A stretch of DNA of 64,000 bases from Candidatus Norongarragalinales archaeon (GCA_038884755.1 JAWABJ010000001.1:636953-700952); one strand, 5' to 3'. Positions 29,600 through 40,455 are shown, counted from the stretch's first letter. Made by a program: numbers and translations. Notes: a model not told the origin generated them from the sequence alone.

Positions 29600-30364
29600 T
29601 CAACGCTTTTTCGCCACAGGCTTCATCAAAAGAAAATGCCTGTTTCCTTCAGAGTGGATGTAAATCCCGCGAAAGCCTTTCCAGTCCACGAACTTGTAGG
29701 CGGTTTCAAGCGGGTGCCCCTGCTCTTCGACCAACTCCAAAAGATAGTGCCTGCGCTGTTCGTTTAAATCGTGCAGTTGAGTTTTGACCGCGCTCAAGGT
29801 TTTGGTCTTATCCAAAGTAACCCGGTCCAAGCCCGCCAGTTTCGAAACGTCCATCTCTTTCTGGGGAAAATTCAGCCGCCCGCGAATGTAAAAACGGTGT
29901 TCGCCGGGACCGTACCTGTTCGCAACCCAGTCTGCAACCCTGAACCCCTCGTGGTTTACGTTGACTACCAAAGACGGGATGTTGTGGGGGCTCATGGTGC
30001 TTTGCTTCGTTCGATTGCCGAGCATTTCCTTGATGCGGGCATGCATCATCGTCGCTATCCCCAAACCGCGGTAGTCCCTGTGAACGCCGTTGAACAAAGT
30101 CAAAAACGAGTTTCCCTCGCCTTTCAACGCTATGTAAAAGCCGACAGGCGTTTTATCGTAAAAAGAAACCAAAACAATGCCCGGCCGTCCCAACTTAGGG
30201 TCGACTATCTGGAGCAACGCATCCTTACCCAGGTAAGGGTGTTTTTTTCTCTTGCCGCTCCTGCTCACGCTGGCGTGCAATTGAAGTTCTTCAAGCTGTT
30301 CCGCCAGCCTGTGCTCGTCAGGATGCAGTTCGCGAACCAAAATGTTTTCAGCGGGTTTTCTCAT
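29600..30364 (-). CDS. GNAT family acetyltransferase
   Basis: GVHRDYRGLGIA, NRYGPGEHRF. Confidence 0.8.
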   Translation of the reverse strand: MRKPAENILVRELHPDEHRLAEQLEELQLHASVSRSGKRKKHPYLGKDALLQIVDPKLGRPGIVLVSFYDKTPVGFYIALKGEGNSFLTLFNGVHRDYRGLGIATMMHARIKEMLGNRTKQSTMSPHNIPSLVVNVNHEGFRVADWVANRYGPGEHRFYIRGRLNFPQKEMDVSKLAGLDRVTLDKTKTLSAVKTQLHDLNEQRRHYLLELVEEQGHPLETAYKFVDWKGFRGIYIHSEGNRHFLLMKPVAKKR

Positions 30365-30375
30365 TCACACACCGT

Positions 30376-30873
30376 TCAAGCGTGAAACGCTTCCACAAAA
30401 TAGTCGCGCCCGTCCTTGCGCACGAAAATGTCGTGCATGGGAAGCGAACGCTGGTTTGACACGACGAACTCCTTCAGCATGAGTGAATCCGATGGAATCA
30501 TTTTCTCTGGAAGCTTGTCCAAATCGAACCACTCGACTTCCCCTTCTATCGAACGCGTCAATTGCAGTTGCTTCGGCTTCAGCTGCACTACAAAAAGCAG
30601 GAAATGCTGTTTTTCCTTTGCATTGTCCTGTGGCGTTATTATTTCCGAAGAAATGCCGCGCAGCGCCACGAACTCGCAATCCAAACCCGTTTCTTCGCGG
30701 GCTTCGCGCACCGCCGCTTCCTTAAGCGTTTCCCCGAAGTTTATCTTCCCGCCAGGAAAACCCCACTGGTCTTTGTAAAGCCGCTTTTCGTGCTTCAGCA
30801 GGAGAATCTTGTTTTCAAACAAAATCGCGTCAAGCACAACACCCAACGGCTTTTGCTCTTCCGCCCCGTTCAT
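30376..30873 (-). CDS. NUDIX hydrolase
   Basis: [24 protein letters not shown]. Confidence 0.93.
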   Translation of the reverse strand: MNGAEEQKPLGVVLDAILFENKILLLKHEKRLYKDQWGFPGGKINFGETLKEAAVREAREETGLDCEFVALRGISSEIITPQDNAKEKQHFLLFVVQLKPKQLQLTRSIEGEVEWFDLDKLPEKMIPSDSLMLKEFVVSNQRSLPMHDIFVRKDGRDYFVEAFHA

Positions 30874-33515
30874 GAGAATTTTCCCCTCGCAAACGCCTTG
30901 TCCCCGCCGCCCTTGGCGCCCTTCGCCTTAAGCAGTTCAACCGCATTCTCCCCGCTTTGCGCGCCCGACGCCGCCGCAATAAACCCCTCCTTGTTCCAAA
31001 CTACCACGCTCGCGCGGGGGTTTAATTCTATCGTTTTCAACGCTATCTTCTCCAAAAGCCTCTGGGGCGCATTCAACTCCTGCGAAGTTTTATCTTTCAA
31101 AGAAAACTCGCGTGCGTAATTCTCCGCGTTCTTCTCCCACAAATCCTCGATTTCCTTCTTTTGCGCTTTCCACTCCTCAAAAAACCTTTGCACAGTCGAA
31201 GGCAACTCGTCCAAATGCACGCTCAAAACATCTGCAGCATCTTGCAAATACGCTTCGTGCTCGCTAACGTAAGCCAAAGCCCGGTCTCCGGCCTTGTAGC
31301 GTATTCTCAACACCCCGTCCTGAACTTGTTCTATGGCGGTTATTTTGATGAAACCTATATCCTTAGTATTTTCACAATGCGTCCCCCCGCAAGCTTGAAC
31401 GTCCCAACCTACGATTTCGACAATACGCACTTCGTCCGAAGGCGGCCCGCCTCCCTGGTAAATGCCAAAACCGTACTTTCGCTCAGCCTCTCCCCGCGGC
31501 TGGAAAGAACACTTGATTGGAAGGCCTTTGCGCACGACTTCGTTAGCCAAACGCTCTATCTCTCTCCTTTCCTCGCCAGTGATTTTCTTGTAATGCGTAA
31601 TGTTAACGTGCCCTTCATCCTCGTCTTTTCTCGAGCCGGCTTGCCAAACGTGCTTTCCCAAAACGTTTTGAGCCGCGCGAAGCACGACGTGCGTTGCAGA
31701 ATGGTGCTTTCGAATGTCCTCGCGGCGTTTTTCGTCGAGCTTCAGAGAAACTCCCTTGCCTTTCGCGAAAGGTGAGTGTTTTTCCAAACAGTGGACAACA
31801 ACGCCATCTTCCTTTTGTACATCACGAACAAAAACCCCGTCGATCCACCCGTGGTCTCCGCACTGCCCTCCGCCTTCGGGATAGAAAATAGTCTGGTCCA
31901 AAACGATTTTGTCTTCCTTCGAACCCATTACTTTCGCGTCCAAGGCGTAAGCGAAGGGCTTGTCGTAATAAACCAATTTCGTTGGCTTGAGCCCGTCGAA
32001 CTCTTTCTTTTTCGCTTGCGCCTGCTTTTCCAAAACGTGCTTTTCAGCAAGCTTCTTGTAAAAGTCGGTTGGAGCGGAAAGCTGCACGCCTTGCTGTTTC
32101 GAAACGCTTTCCACCAATTCAGGCGTAATCCCGTGGCTCTCGTACAAAACCATCATTTTGTCGGAAGTCAAAGGCTCTTTGCGCGAAATTATTTCGCGAA
32201 CCTTGTTCGAAGCGTTTTTCAGCGATTCTTCGTACTTCTGCTTTTCAACGTCTATTATTTCCTGCAGTGCAGGCAACCGTTCTTCAAACTCGGGCCACAA
32301 TTGCTTGAGTTCGCGCGCGTGGAGTTTCATCAAGTCCATCAAGCTCAAATTCAAGTTGTGGTCTTTCACGAACGAAAAGCAACGGCGGAACAACAAGCGA
32401 AGGTTATAGCCGCCTCCCGTGTTTGAGGGTATCGCACCGTCGCTCAACGCCATTAAAAGCGTACGCGAGTGGTCTGCCAAAGCGTAAATAGCTTGCATGG
32501 GCGCGATTTGCTTTTCCATCTCTTCGAGCGAAAGCCCGAGCATTGACGCTATCTTCTGCTTTTCCTCGCGCATATTACGAACGCTTTCAACGTCCAATCC
32601 TGCCGAGAGCGACGCGTATTTGCGCAAAAGCGCATCGTCAAAACGCAGTCCGGAGTGTTTTTTCGCGTACGCTATCACGGACGGAAAAACCGCATCGTAC
32701 GCGGTCAATTCGCCCGTGTAATACCACAACAACCTTTCAAAACCCCAGCCCACGTCTACCACGCGCATTGGAAGTTCTTTCGTCCCTTCCTTCGCGTCCC
32801 AGTAGTACTGCATGAAAACGCTATTCACTAGTTCGCTGCCATTCGCAAAGCTTTCGATGCACGGGCCGAACGCGCTGAAGTCTGGCATTGACCAAACGTC
32901 TTCGGCGTAAGTCAAATCGTTCTTGGGGACTTTCAAAACCTTAGTCAAAAAGTCGTAATTTAGCCGAATGCAATCGTCGAGCCAGTACGCTTTCTTGTCT
33001 TTCGGGTGGTTGAACGACTTTTGCCCGGCCATCATGAAGCCGGAAAAATGACGGCCCGTAACCCCGACGTTCGCAATGTCCACAAACCTCATGCAAGGCT
33101 GCGGCACGACCAAGGGATTCGCGGGGTATTCGAAAACTACTTTTCCGCCTTCCAACCTTTGAAAATCCACTACGTCAGCAATGACGAAAAACAAGTCGTC
33201 TCTCCACTTTGCGAGCAAAGGATAGCGTGGAATTACCTCGTGGTTGTTTTTCTTCCAGAAGTCGGCGAATTTCTTCCAAAACGCGGCGTAGCTCTCGCGC
33301 AAAGGCGTTTTCTTGAAGAAAGAGTATTCCTCGTGAGAACTGTCTCCGCACGAGTCGCTTCCGCCCGCAGTCCAATAGTTTTTGCCGCACTTTACGCACG
33401 TTTTCCTCACAAAACCCTGCTCGTCGAACAATTTCGTTTTATAATATTTCGTAGGGTTTTTGGAAAACTCGTCTTTCAAGCGTTCTTTCGACACTCCAGG
33501 CAAGTAAAGAGGCAT
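30870..33515 (-). CDS. alaS: Alanine-tRNA ligase (archaeal type)
   Basis: [43 protein letters not shown]. Confidence 0.97.
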   Translation of the reverse strand: MPLYLPGVSKERLKDEFSKNPTKYYKTKLFDEQGFVRKTCVKCGKNYWTAGGSDSCGDSSHEEYSFFKKTPLRESYAAFWKKFADFWKKNNHEVIPRYPLLAKWRDDLFFVIADVVDFQRLEGGKVVFEYPANPLVVPQPCMRFVDIANVGVTGRHFSGFMMAGQKSFNHPKDKKAYWLDDCIRLNYDFLTKVLKVPKNDLTYAEDVWSMPDFSAFGPCIESFANGSELVNSVFMQYYWDAKEGTKELPMRVVDVGWGFERLLWYYTGELTAYDAVFPSVIAYAKKHSGLRFDDALLRKYASLSAGLDVESVRNMREEKQKIASMLGLSLEEMEKQIAPMQAIYALADHSRTLLMALSDGAIPSNTGGGYNLRLLFRRCFSFVKDHNLNLSLMDLMKLHARELKQLWPEFEERLPALQEIIDVEKQKYEESLKNASNKVREIISRKEPLTSDKMMVLYESHGITPELVESVSKQQGVQLSAPTDFYKKLAEKHVLEKQAQAKKKEFDGLKPTKLVYYDKPFAYALDAKVMGSKEDKIVLDQTIFYPEGGGQCGDHGWIDGVFVRDVQKEDGVVVHCLEKHSPFAKGKGVSLKLDEKRREDIRKHHSATHVVLRAAQNVLGKHVWQAGSRKDEDEGHVNITHYKKITGEERREIERLANEVVRKGLPIKCSFQPRGEAERKYGFGIYQGGGPPSDEVRIVEIVGWDVQACGGTHCENTKDIGFIKITAIEQVQDGVLRIRYKAGDRALAYVSEHEAYLQDAADVLSVHLDELPSTVQRFFEEWKAQKKEIEDLWEKNAENYAREFSLKDKTSQELNAPQRLLEKIALKTIELNPRASVVVWNKEGFIAAASGAQSGENAVELLKAKGAKGGGDKAFARGKFS

Positions 33516-33560
33516 AATCGCTTTTACTCGCTCAAAGTTTAAAAGAGTGAAGAGGAACGG

Positions 33561-33877
33561 GGGTGTCGGGTCGTAGTCCGCTTTTTGTTGCTCGCGACAT
33601 CCGTCTAAGCGTCCGGCAAACGGGACTTGCACCCCTTATAGCCCAGCTCGTTTCACCCGACTTCCGCGCAACGTCACATTACGGTCATACTGCGCGCGGT
33701 TCGGTATCGTTTCTATTCCAGGCTCGCGCCCAAAACGCGGGCACTTGCGTGCCTCCGTCCTTTGCTTTCTTTGATTGAACTTTCTTTCTCAAAGAAAGTT
33801 CAGGAGGGTGAGCGGAACTTCCTCAGCTGCCTCCCCTTATGCAGGAAAGGCTACCGACAGTCGCGCACCCAACACCC
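33561..33877 (-). ncRNA. rnpB: RNase P RNA
   Basis: CR-I GAGGAAGTTCCGC, AGAAAC, GGTGAAACG, GGGTGCAAG, CR-V AACAAAAAGCGGACTA; P1 GGGTGTTGGG/CCCGACACCC. Confidence 0.92.
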
Positions 33878-34021
33878 TTAAAGTAAGTATGCCCGAAGGG
33901 GCTTAAAAACGTAGTTGAAGTGAATAAAACGGCATTGGAAAGAAAGCTTGCAGAAACGAGAAAAAGAAAAAAAAAAGAAAATAAAAAGGAAAAAAGATTT
34001 TTTTTGAAATCCTCAACGAAT

Positions 34022-34048
34022 TTATCTGCGTCTGCGTCTCTTTGCCAT
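34022..34048 (-). CDS. Putative micro-peptide MAKRRRRR
   Basis: TTTATATA (34103-34110), SD GGGTGA, ATG, 8 codons, TAA, long T-rich tract downstream. Confidence 0.45.
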   Translation of the reverse strand: MAKRRRRR

Positions 34049-34130
34049 TTGTCGTATTCACCCGCTGAATTTCAAAAATTTTAATTCATCATCCGAATTC
34101 GATATATAAACATTTGCAAAAGTGATTTGA

Positions 34131-34835
34131 ATGGAAAAAAATTCGGAAAAACTGTCTGAAGCGTTTTATTCTGCTGAAGCAATGCTCGGAAAAAACTATT
34201 TCGTGCACGCTTCGTTCGAAAAATACGCCGGGCTCAAAGCCAAAGTCGAGTTCAAGGACGGAAAAATAATCGCGAAAGCGAGCGACGGTTTCGAAAACGC
34301 AGAGCGCGACGTGCTCGTAGGGTTGGCGCTGGTCCTTTTGGGCGGAATGTTTCGAAAACGCATAGACAACGCTTACACGAAAGCTTACAAAGAGTTTTCC
34401 ACGCGCGAGTCGTCAAGCGAATACCACGACACGCTGCGCAAGCTGCGGGGGCACAAGAGAAATTTGGATCCGAAAGGAAAATATTACAATCTAACCCCCA
34501 TTCGCGACACTTTGTTCATGCTTTACCCGCACGTTCTCGGGCAAACGCCCCAACCCGCCATAGGGTGGAGCGAAAAAAAGAGCAAACGCATTTTGGGTTT
34601 TCACGACGGCGCTTTCAACGCCATCACGATCAACAGAATTCTCGACTCCGAACGCGTTCCGTTGTTCGTAGTGCAGTACGTCGTGTTTCACGAATTGCTG
34701 CACTGCAAGCACAAAGTGCTTTTCCAAAGGGGCGAGAGCATGCGGCGCACCGTACATCCGAAGGCGTTCAAGGACGACGAGAAAATGTTTTCATTGGCTG
34801 AGAAAGCAGAAGAGTGGGTTCAACGGAACCTATAA
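34131..34835 (+). CDS. SprT/YgjP(DUF45)-like zinc metallohydrolase
   Basis: I.INR.LD...VP..V..YVVFHELLH. Confidence 0.82.
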   Translation: MEKNSEKLSEAFYSAEAMLGKNYFVHASFEKYAGLKAKVEFKDGKIIAKASDGFENAERDVLVGLALVLLGGMFRKRIDNAYTKAYKEFSTRESSSEYHDTLRKLRGHKRNLDPKGKYYNLTPIRDTLFMLYPHVLGQTPQPAIGWSEKKSKRILGFHDGAFNAITINRILDSERVPLFVVQYVVFHELLHCKHKVLFQRGESMRRTVHPKAFKDDEKMFSLAEKAEEWVQRNL

Positions 34836-34890
34836 CAAAAATCAACCAAACCAATAAATAGCAGCTATATCAATTGATATACGATGCGTT

Positions 34891-35175
34891 ATGGAGAGTG
34901 AAGTGATTTTCAAAAGCAAAGTCTTGCGTTTCCCTACGCTGGATACGGTCTTGATGATTGAAAAAGCGGCCAAGAAGTCGTACGGCGAGAAAACCTTAAC
35001 CCAGCTTTGGAAGTCTCTTCCGAAAAAAGTGATGTGGCAAACCTTCAAGACCACCATAGACTATCTAATTTATTCAGGCAAAATTCTTATCGACAAGAGA
35101 GATAATACGGTAATCTGGACTTGGGACCCCGAAGGAATAGAAAAACTGAAAAAACGGGGCCTAATTATTAGATGA
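34891..35175 (+). CDS. Small HTH protein, probable antitoxin/regulator
   Basis: FPTLDTVLMIE...LWKSLPKKVMWQTF...DYL; overlaps the toxin-like ORF. Confidence 0.7.
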   Translation: MESEVIFKSKVLRFPTLDTVLMIEKAAKKSYGEKTLTQLWKSLPKKVMWQTFKTTIDYLIYSGKILIDKRDNTVIWTWDPEGIEKLKKRGLIIR

Positions 35176-35490
35176 TAGGAAAGACTAAAACGGGTAGCTT
35201 TTGCTGACGAGAAAACGAAACTAGAGTTTCAAAAACTTGACTGCGGAAGGTTTGAAGAAAAACAGCTTTTCGAAAGTGTTAGAAAAACCATCGATGTCCT
35301 GATCGAGAATCCTTTCGTTGGAGTCAAAATTCCAAGAAAACTGTGGCCTAGAGGGTATGCGGCATATGGGATTAAGAGCTTGTGGAAATACAATCTCCCG
35401 AACGGTTGGAGGTTAATCTACACCGTAAAAAGCAACGATGCTGAAATCATTGCAACAATCATCGAGTGGTTCGGCTACAAAAGCAAGTGA
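35172..35490 (+). pseudogene. RelE/YoeB-like toxin with a +1 frameshift near its start
   Basis: ATG 35172 MIGKTK, one extra A at ~35190, then RVAFADE...NPFVGVKIP...LWKYNLPNGWRLIYT...EWF. Confidence 0.7.
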
Positions 35491-35491
35491 G

Positions 35492-35797
35492 TTAAAACGC
35501 GTAGAGCTTGCGCTTGAAATCCCGCACTTTGCTTCCCTTGAAGCGAATTCCTTCGCGAGAAAGCAGTCTTTTCTTTGCCGCGGGACCGCTTTCGAAACCG
35601 CCGAGCGTTCCGTCGCTTTTCACAACCCTATGGCACGGGCATTTCGGCATTCCCGGGCTTTTGTTCAAAGCGTTGCCTACAGCGCGCGCTGCTCGCGGCT
35701 TTCCGATTGCTTTCGCTACAAGCGCGTAAGTGGAAACCCTGCCTTTGAGAATTCTTGCCGCAGCCTTGTGAACTTTTTCAGTAAAATCCATTTTCAT
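35492..35797 (-). CDS. O6-methylguanine-DNA methyltransferase family (single domain)
   Basis: G.VSTY, RAVGNAL, PCHRVV. Confidence 0.9.
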   Translation of the reverse strand: MKMDFTEKVHKAAARILKGRVSTYALVAKAIGKPRAARAVGNALNKSPGMPKCPCHRVVKSDGTLGGFESGPAAKKRLLSREGIRFKGSKVRDFKRKLYAF

Positions 35798-36261
35798 CCC
35801 AGCAATTGCTTTTCCTTGAAAACCTGGTTGCAATATGCACAACGCAGCTTGACCGGTTCCCTCTCCTCGACGATAAACTTGAATTGCACAGTCTTGTTGC
35901 TCTCGCAACTCGCGTTAGGGCATTTCGCCACGTCCGTAATGACTTCGGGCAAAGAAACGCGAAATTTTTCGACAGCCTTGTAATCGCGAACAATATTCAC
36001 GCTTATGTAAGGAGAGAGTATCGCCAGTTTTTCCAATTCGCTCTTCCCGATTTCCTTGCCCTCGATTTTAATCAAATCCTTGAGCCCGAATTTCGTGCTC
36101 GGAACGTTAGTCAAAAGGGTTATCGAGCCTGGAAAGCTTTCGTCGATTCCCAAAATCCTCAACACCAAGAAACTCCTGCCTGCCGGAATGTGGTCTATTA
36201 CTATGCCCCGCTCGATTTTCCTCGCCTTCAAAAACTCGTTGTCTTCGCTCAAATCACTCAA
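35794..36261 (-). CDS. pyrI: Aspartate carbamoyltransferase regulatory chain
   Basis: GIVIDHIPAG, KDLIKIE, CPN.SC, RCAYC. Confidence 0.95.
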   Translation of the reverse strand: MSDLSEDNEFLKARKIERGIVIDHIPAGRSFLVLRILGIDESFPGSITLLTNVPSTKFGLKDLIKIEGKEIGKSELEKLAILSPYISVNIVRDYKAVEKFRVSLPEVITDVAKCPNASCESNKTVQFKFIVEEREPVKLRCAYCNQVFKEKQLLG

Positions 36262-39200
36262 CCCTCTCGAATTGTTTTGCCGTTTCCAAAGCCACGTCGT
36301 TCAACGAAATGATTCCGAAGTCCTTGAATTTATGCAGGCTGTCGGCAATGCGAACGGCCTGAAACGCACCCATGACCAAAGGAATCTTGCGCGCTATCGC
36401 CTTTTTCCTCAATTCGCTTTCCTTCGCGTTGTTGAAACTCACGACGAAAGAAACCTCTCCTTGTTCCATCAGCTCCCGCCAGTCTTGCGCGTTCGTATAA
36501 ACTTTCAAGCCCGCATCTGAATACTTGTGCACCAAGAGTTTTTTCCACTTTCCGCAATCGCCGACGAAAACGCTTTTGCCGAAGCGCATTCCGGCTGCGA
36601 GCAGCGCTTTCCCGAACGCTTCCTCGAAATTGTCCGCGATTCCCATGGTTTCGCCGGTGGATTTCATTTCCGCGCCTACGACAGGGTCAACTTCGGGAAA
36701 GCGGTTGAACGGGAAAACGGGCATTTTAACGCAGTAGTATTTCGATTCGGCAATTTCCGGAAACCCTTCGAGAGTCATTACTCCCGCCTGGATTTTAGCA
36801 GCTATCTTTGCAATGGGCATTCCTATTGCTTTACTAACGAAAGGAACGGTTCGCGAAGCGCGCGGGTTAACTTCCAAAACGAACGCTTCGTCGCCCTTAA
36901 CAACGATTTGAATGTTGCATAGTCCTTTGATTTGCATGGCGAGAGCGATTTTCTTTGAATAATCGATGGCTTTAGCTTTCGCTTTTGGCGAAATGCTTAT
37001 CGTGGGTATGACGCAAGCGCTGTCTCCCGAATGAATTCCGGCTTCGTCAACCTGTTCCATCACTCCCGCAATAAACACTTTCGAACCGTCGCCCACCAAG
37101 TCAATGTCGAGTTCGGTTGCGTCTTCAATAAAGTGGTCTATGAGCAGCGGGTGTCCTTCGGAAACGTCAATCGCTTCGACGATTTTCTCGCGCAACTCGC
37201 TTTCATTATGCACCAAATGCATTGCCCTTCCGCCCAAAACGTAAGAAGGGCGGATGAGCAGGGGATAGCCGACATCTGAAGCGATGGCAAACGCCTCTTG
37301 CTCGTCAAACGCCAACCCGCTTTCGACAATCGGAATTTTCAAGTCTTTCATGAGTTTCTTGAACTTCTTGCGGTCTTCAGCAATGTCGATGGCTTCAACG
37401 CTCGTTCCTAGAATGGGAATTTTGTTTTCGCGCAAAGGCAATGCCAAGTTTATGGACGTCTGGCCGCCGAACTGCACTGCTACGCCTTCAATCTCGCCTT
37501 CTTGCTTTACGACGTTCAAAACGTCTTCAATCTTCAAAGGCTCGAAATACAAACGCGAGGAAATGTCGAAGTCAGTGGAAACAGTCTCGGGATTGTTGTT
37601 TATGATAATGGCTTCAAAACCCTCTTCCTTCAACGCTGCAACGGCATGCACCGTGCAGTAATCGAATTCTATTCCCTGCCCGATGCGTATTGGCCCGGAC
37701 CCGAGAATTATTACCTTGCGTTTTGCTTTTCCAGGCTCAACCTCGTTTTGCCCGTCGGACGTCGAATAGTAATAAGGCGTCAAAGCTTGAAATTCGCCTG
37801 CGCAAGTGTCGACCATCTTGAAGGAAGCGTGCAGCCCTTGCTTTTCGCGCATGAAGCGGATTACTTCAACCGAACGGCCGGAGTATTTGCTCACCATCAC
37901 GTCCGACAACGATTGTTTCTTGGCTTTCTCGAGCGTATCCTCGTTGAAATTGTCTTTCAACTCTTCCTCGACCAACGCAACGTTCTTGATTTTCTCCAAA
38001 AACCAAGGATTGATTTTCGTAGCGTGAGCAATTTCCTCGACTGAATAGCGTTTTAACGCGGCGAGCAAGTCGAAAATGCGCGTTTCAGTAGGCTTTTCTA
38101 ACGCCTCCAGCGAAACGAGCTTCGAGTATCTCCTCTTCTCGACCGAACGCAACGCCTTGTTGTACGCTTCTTCGAAAGTCCTTCCAATCGCCATCGTTTC
38201 GCCAGTGGAACGCATGCTCGTTCCAATCTCGTTTTCAGCATACAGTTTGTCGAAAGGCCAGCGAGGCACTTTCAACACAACGTAATCAAGCGCAGGTTCA
38301 AACATCGCGCTTTTACCCGTAATCTCGTTTTCCACGTCAATCAAAGAATATCCTAGCGCGAGTTTCGCGGCAATGCGCGCAATCGGATAGCCAGTCGCCT
38401 TAGATGCAAGCGCGCTCGAACGCGAAGTGCGCGGGTTGACTTCTATAACGTAGTATTCGCCTGAAGACTGGTCTAGAGCGAATTGAATGTTGCACGCTCC
38501 AACCACGCCCAACGCGCGTACGACTTTAATCGCAGCACTTCGCAGTTTCTGGTGGTCGTCGTCGCTCAGAGTTTGCGCTGGCGCGACTACGACGCTTTCG
38601 CCCGTATGAATGCCCATAGGGTCGATATTTTCCATGCTGCAAATGGTAATGCAATTGTCGAAAGAATCGCGTATAACCTCATACTCCATTTCGCACAAAC
38701 CGGCAACGCTCTTCTCCACCAAAAGCTCGCCGGACCCGCTCGAGGCAAAGCAACTCTTGCCTTTTTCCTCGATTTCTTCTTCCCGCTCGACAATCATTGT
38801 TCCCATTCCACCCAAATTGAAGTCAGGGCGCAGGATTACGGGCAAGCCAATCGTTCCAACCGCTTTCTTCAACTCTTCAATATTCTTCACGCGCAAGCTC
38901 TGAGGAACCGGCTCGCCAATCTTCAAAAGCAAATCCCTGAATTTCTCCCTGTCTTCAGCCAATTCGATAGTTTCAATGCTCGTTCCCAAAACTTTGACTC
39001 CTTTTTCCTTCAGGAAATCGCGCAGTTCAATCGCTAGGTTAAGGCTGGTTTGCCCGCTCATGGTCGCAATAAACCCGTCCGGCTTTTCCTTTTCTATTAT
39101 TTTGCGGATTGTTTCGCCAGTCAAAGGCTCAAGATACACAATATCGGCTGTATCCAAGTCTGTTTGAATCGTGGCAGGGTTGGAATTAACCAAAACCACT

Positions 39201-39319
39201 TGCACTCCTTCTTCTTTCAAAGCCAAGCAAGCTTGCGCTCCGCTGTAATCGAATTCTGCAGCTTGTCCAATAACTATGGGGCCGCTTCCAACAAGCAAGA
39301 CTTTCTTTGGCTTGTTCAT
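36254..39319 (-). CDS. carB: Carbamoyl-phosphate synthase large subunit
   Basis: GSGPIVIGQAAEFDYSG, two ATP-grasp repeats, EVNPR, EMKSTGE. Confidence 0.97.
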   Translation of the reverse strand: MNKPKKVLLVGSGPIVIGQAAEFDYSGAQACLALKEEGVQVVLVNSNPATIQTDLDTADIVYLEPLTGETIRKIIEKEKPDGFIATMSGQTSLNLAIELRDFLKEKGVKVLGTSIETIELAEDREKFRDLLLKIGEPVPQSLRVKNIEELKKAVGTIGLPVILRPDFNLGGMGTMIVEREEEIEEKGKSCFASSGSGELLVEKSVAGLCEMEYEVIRDSFDNCITICSMENIDPMGIHTGESVVVAPAQTLSDDDHQKLRSAAIKVVRALGVVGACNIQFALDQSSGEYYVIEVNPRTSRSSALASKATGYPIARIAAKLALGYSLIDVENEITGKSAMFEPALDYVVLKVPRWPFDKLYAENEIGTSMRSTGETMAIGRTFEEAYNKALRSVEKRRYSKLVSLEALEKPTETRIFDLLAALKRYSVEEIAHATKINPWFLEKIKNVALVEEELKDNFNEDTLEKAKKQSLSDVMVSKYSGRSVEVIRFMREKQGLHASFKMVDTCAGEFQALTPYYYSTSDGQNEVEPGKAKRKVIILGSGPIRIGQGIEFDYCTVHAVAALKEEGFEAIIINNNPETVSTDFDISSRLYFEPLKIEDVLNVVKQEGEIEGVAVQFGGQTSINLALPLRENKIPILGTSVEAIDIAEDRKKFKKLMKDLKIPIVESGLAFDEQEAFAIASDVGYPLLIRPSYVLGGRAMHLVHNESELREKIVEAIDVSEGHPLLIDHFIEDATELDIDLVGDGSKVFIAGVMEQVDEAGIHSGDSACVIPTISISPKAKAKAIDYSKKIALAMQIKGLCNIQIVVKGDEAFVLEVNPRASRTVPFVSKAIGMPIAKIAAKIQAGVMTLEGFPEIAESKYYCVKMPVFPFNRFPEVDPVVGAEMKSTGETMGIADNFEEAFGKALLAAGMRFGKSVFVGDCGKWKKLLVHKYSDAGLKVYTNAQDWRELMEQGEVSFVVSFNNAKESELRKKAIARKIPLVMGAFQAVRIADSLHKFKDFGIISLNDVALETAKQFERVE

Positions 39320-40455
39320 TTCATCAACTTCAAAAACTCTTCGAAATAAAACGCCGCGTCGTAAGGCCCGGGATTCGCTTCGGGATGGAATTGGATGGAA
39401 AAAGCAGGCAATTCTTTGTGGCGCAAGCCTTCGTTCGTGCCGTCCAAACAATTCACAAGCGTTTCCTCAGCTTCCTTAGGCAAAGACTTCGCGTCTACAG
39501 CATAACCGTGGTTTTGCGACGTAACGAACGCCCGTTCGGTATTAACATCCCTAACTGCGTGGTTCGCCCCGCGGTGTCCAAACTTCAGTTTGAACGTTTT
39601 AGCGCCCAACGCGCTCGCCAAAAGCTGGTGGCCCAAGCAAATGCCGAAAACAGGCTTTTTGCCCAACAGCTTTTTGATTTCAGCAACTTCCTTCGCACAA
39701 ACGACCGGATCTCCAGGCCCGTTCGAAAGCATAATCCCGTCAAAATCGTTTTTCAACACTTCTTCCGCCTTTGTGAAATGCGGAAATACTGTTACTGAAC
39801 AACCGCGTGCAAGCAAATTGTGCACTTGGCTTGTTTTAGCGCCGTAATCCATCAAAGCAACCCGGAATTTCTCGTTCTTGGCGGCAAAAGTCTGAAGCTT
39901 TTTCTCGCTCACCCTCTCGACGAAATTAACGCCAGCATAATCAAACTTTTCCAATTGCTTCAAAGCGTTTTCTTTCACGTTTCCGAAGTCGCTTTCGTTA
40001 ATCGCACCTTTCCAGGTAACTAATGCGGACGGCAAAACGCCGTGCTCACGAATCTTGCGCACAATCGCGCGCGAATCCACGCCAGCAATGCCCGAAACGC
40101 CTTGCTCTTTCAGCAATGCGTCGAGGCTCTTGCGTGAAGCGTAATGGGTTGGCGTTTTACAGGCTTCCCTCACTACAACGCCGTTAGCCCAAACTTTATT
40201 CTCGAAAGACTCGAAAGCGCTTTCGCCCACGCCGTAATTGCCTATCAACGGATACGCAAAAGTGAGAATTTGGCCGGCGTAAGAAGGGTCGGACAAAGAC
40301 TCTTGAAAGCCCATCATGGATGTAGTAAAAACAAGCTCGCCGGTCGAATAGCCTTCAGCGCCCAAGGCTTGGCCTAGAATTACGGAATTGTCGTCGAGAA
40401 ATAGAGCTGCGGACGCCTTAGAAAGAGAACGGGAGGAGACGGAAGACAACGGCAT
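39316..40455 (-). CDS. carA: Carbamoyl-phosphate synthase small subunit
   Basis: DPSYAGQ, SNGPGDP, GICLGHQ, QFHPE. Confidence 0.97.
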   Translation of the reverse strand: MPLSSVSSRSLSKASAALFLDDNSVILGQALGAEGYSTGELVFTTSMMGFQESLSDPSYAGQILTFAYPLIGNYGVGESAFESFENKVWANGVVVREACKTPTHYASRKSLDALLKEQGVSGIAGVDSRAIVRKIREHGVLPSALVTWKGAINESDFGNVKENALKQLEKFDYAGVNFVERVSEKKLQTFAAKNEKFRVALMDYGAKTSQVHNLLARGCSVTVFPHFTKAEEVLKNDFDGIMLSNGPGDPVVCAKEVAEIKKLLGKKPVFGICLGHQLLASALGAKTFKLKFGHRGANHAVRDVNTERAFVTSQNHGYAVDAKSLPKEAEETLVNCLDGTNEGLRHKELPAFSIQFHPEANPGPYDAAFYFEEFLKLMK

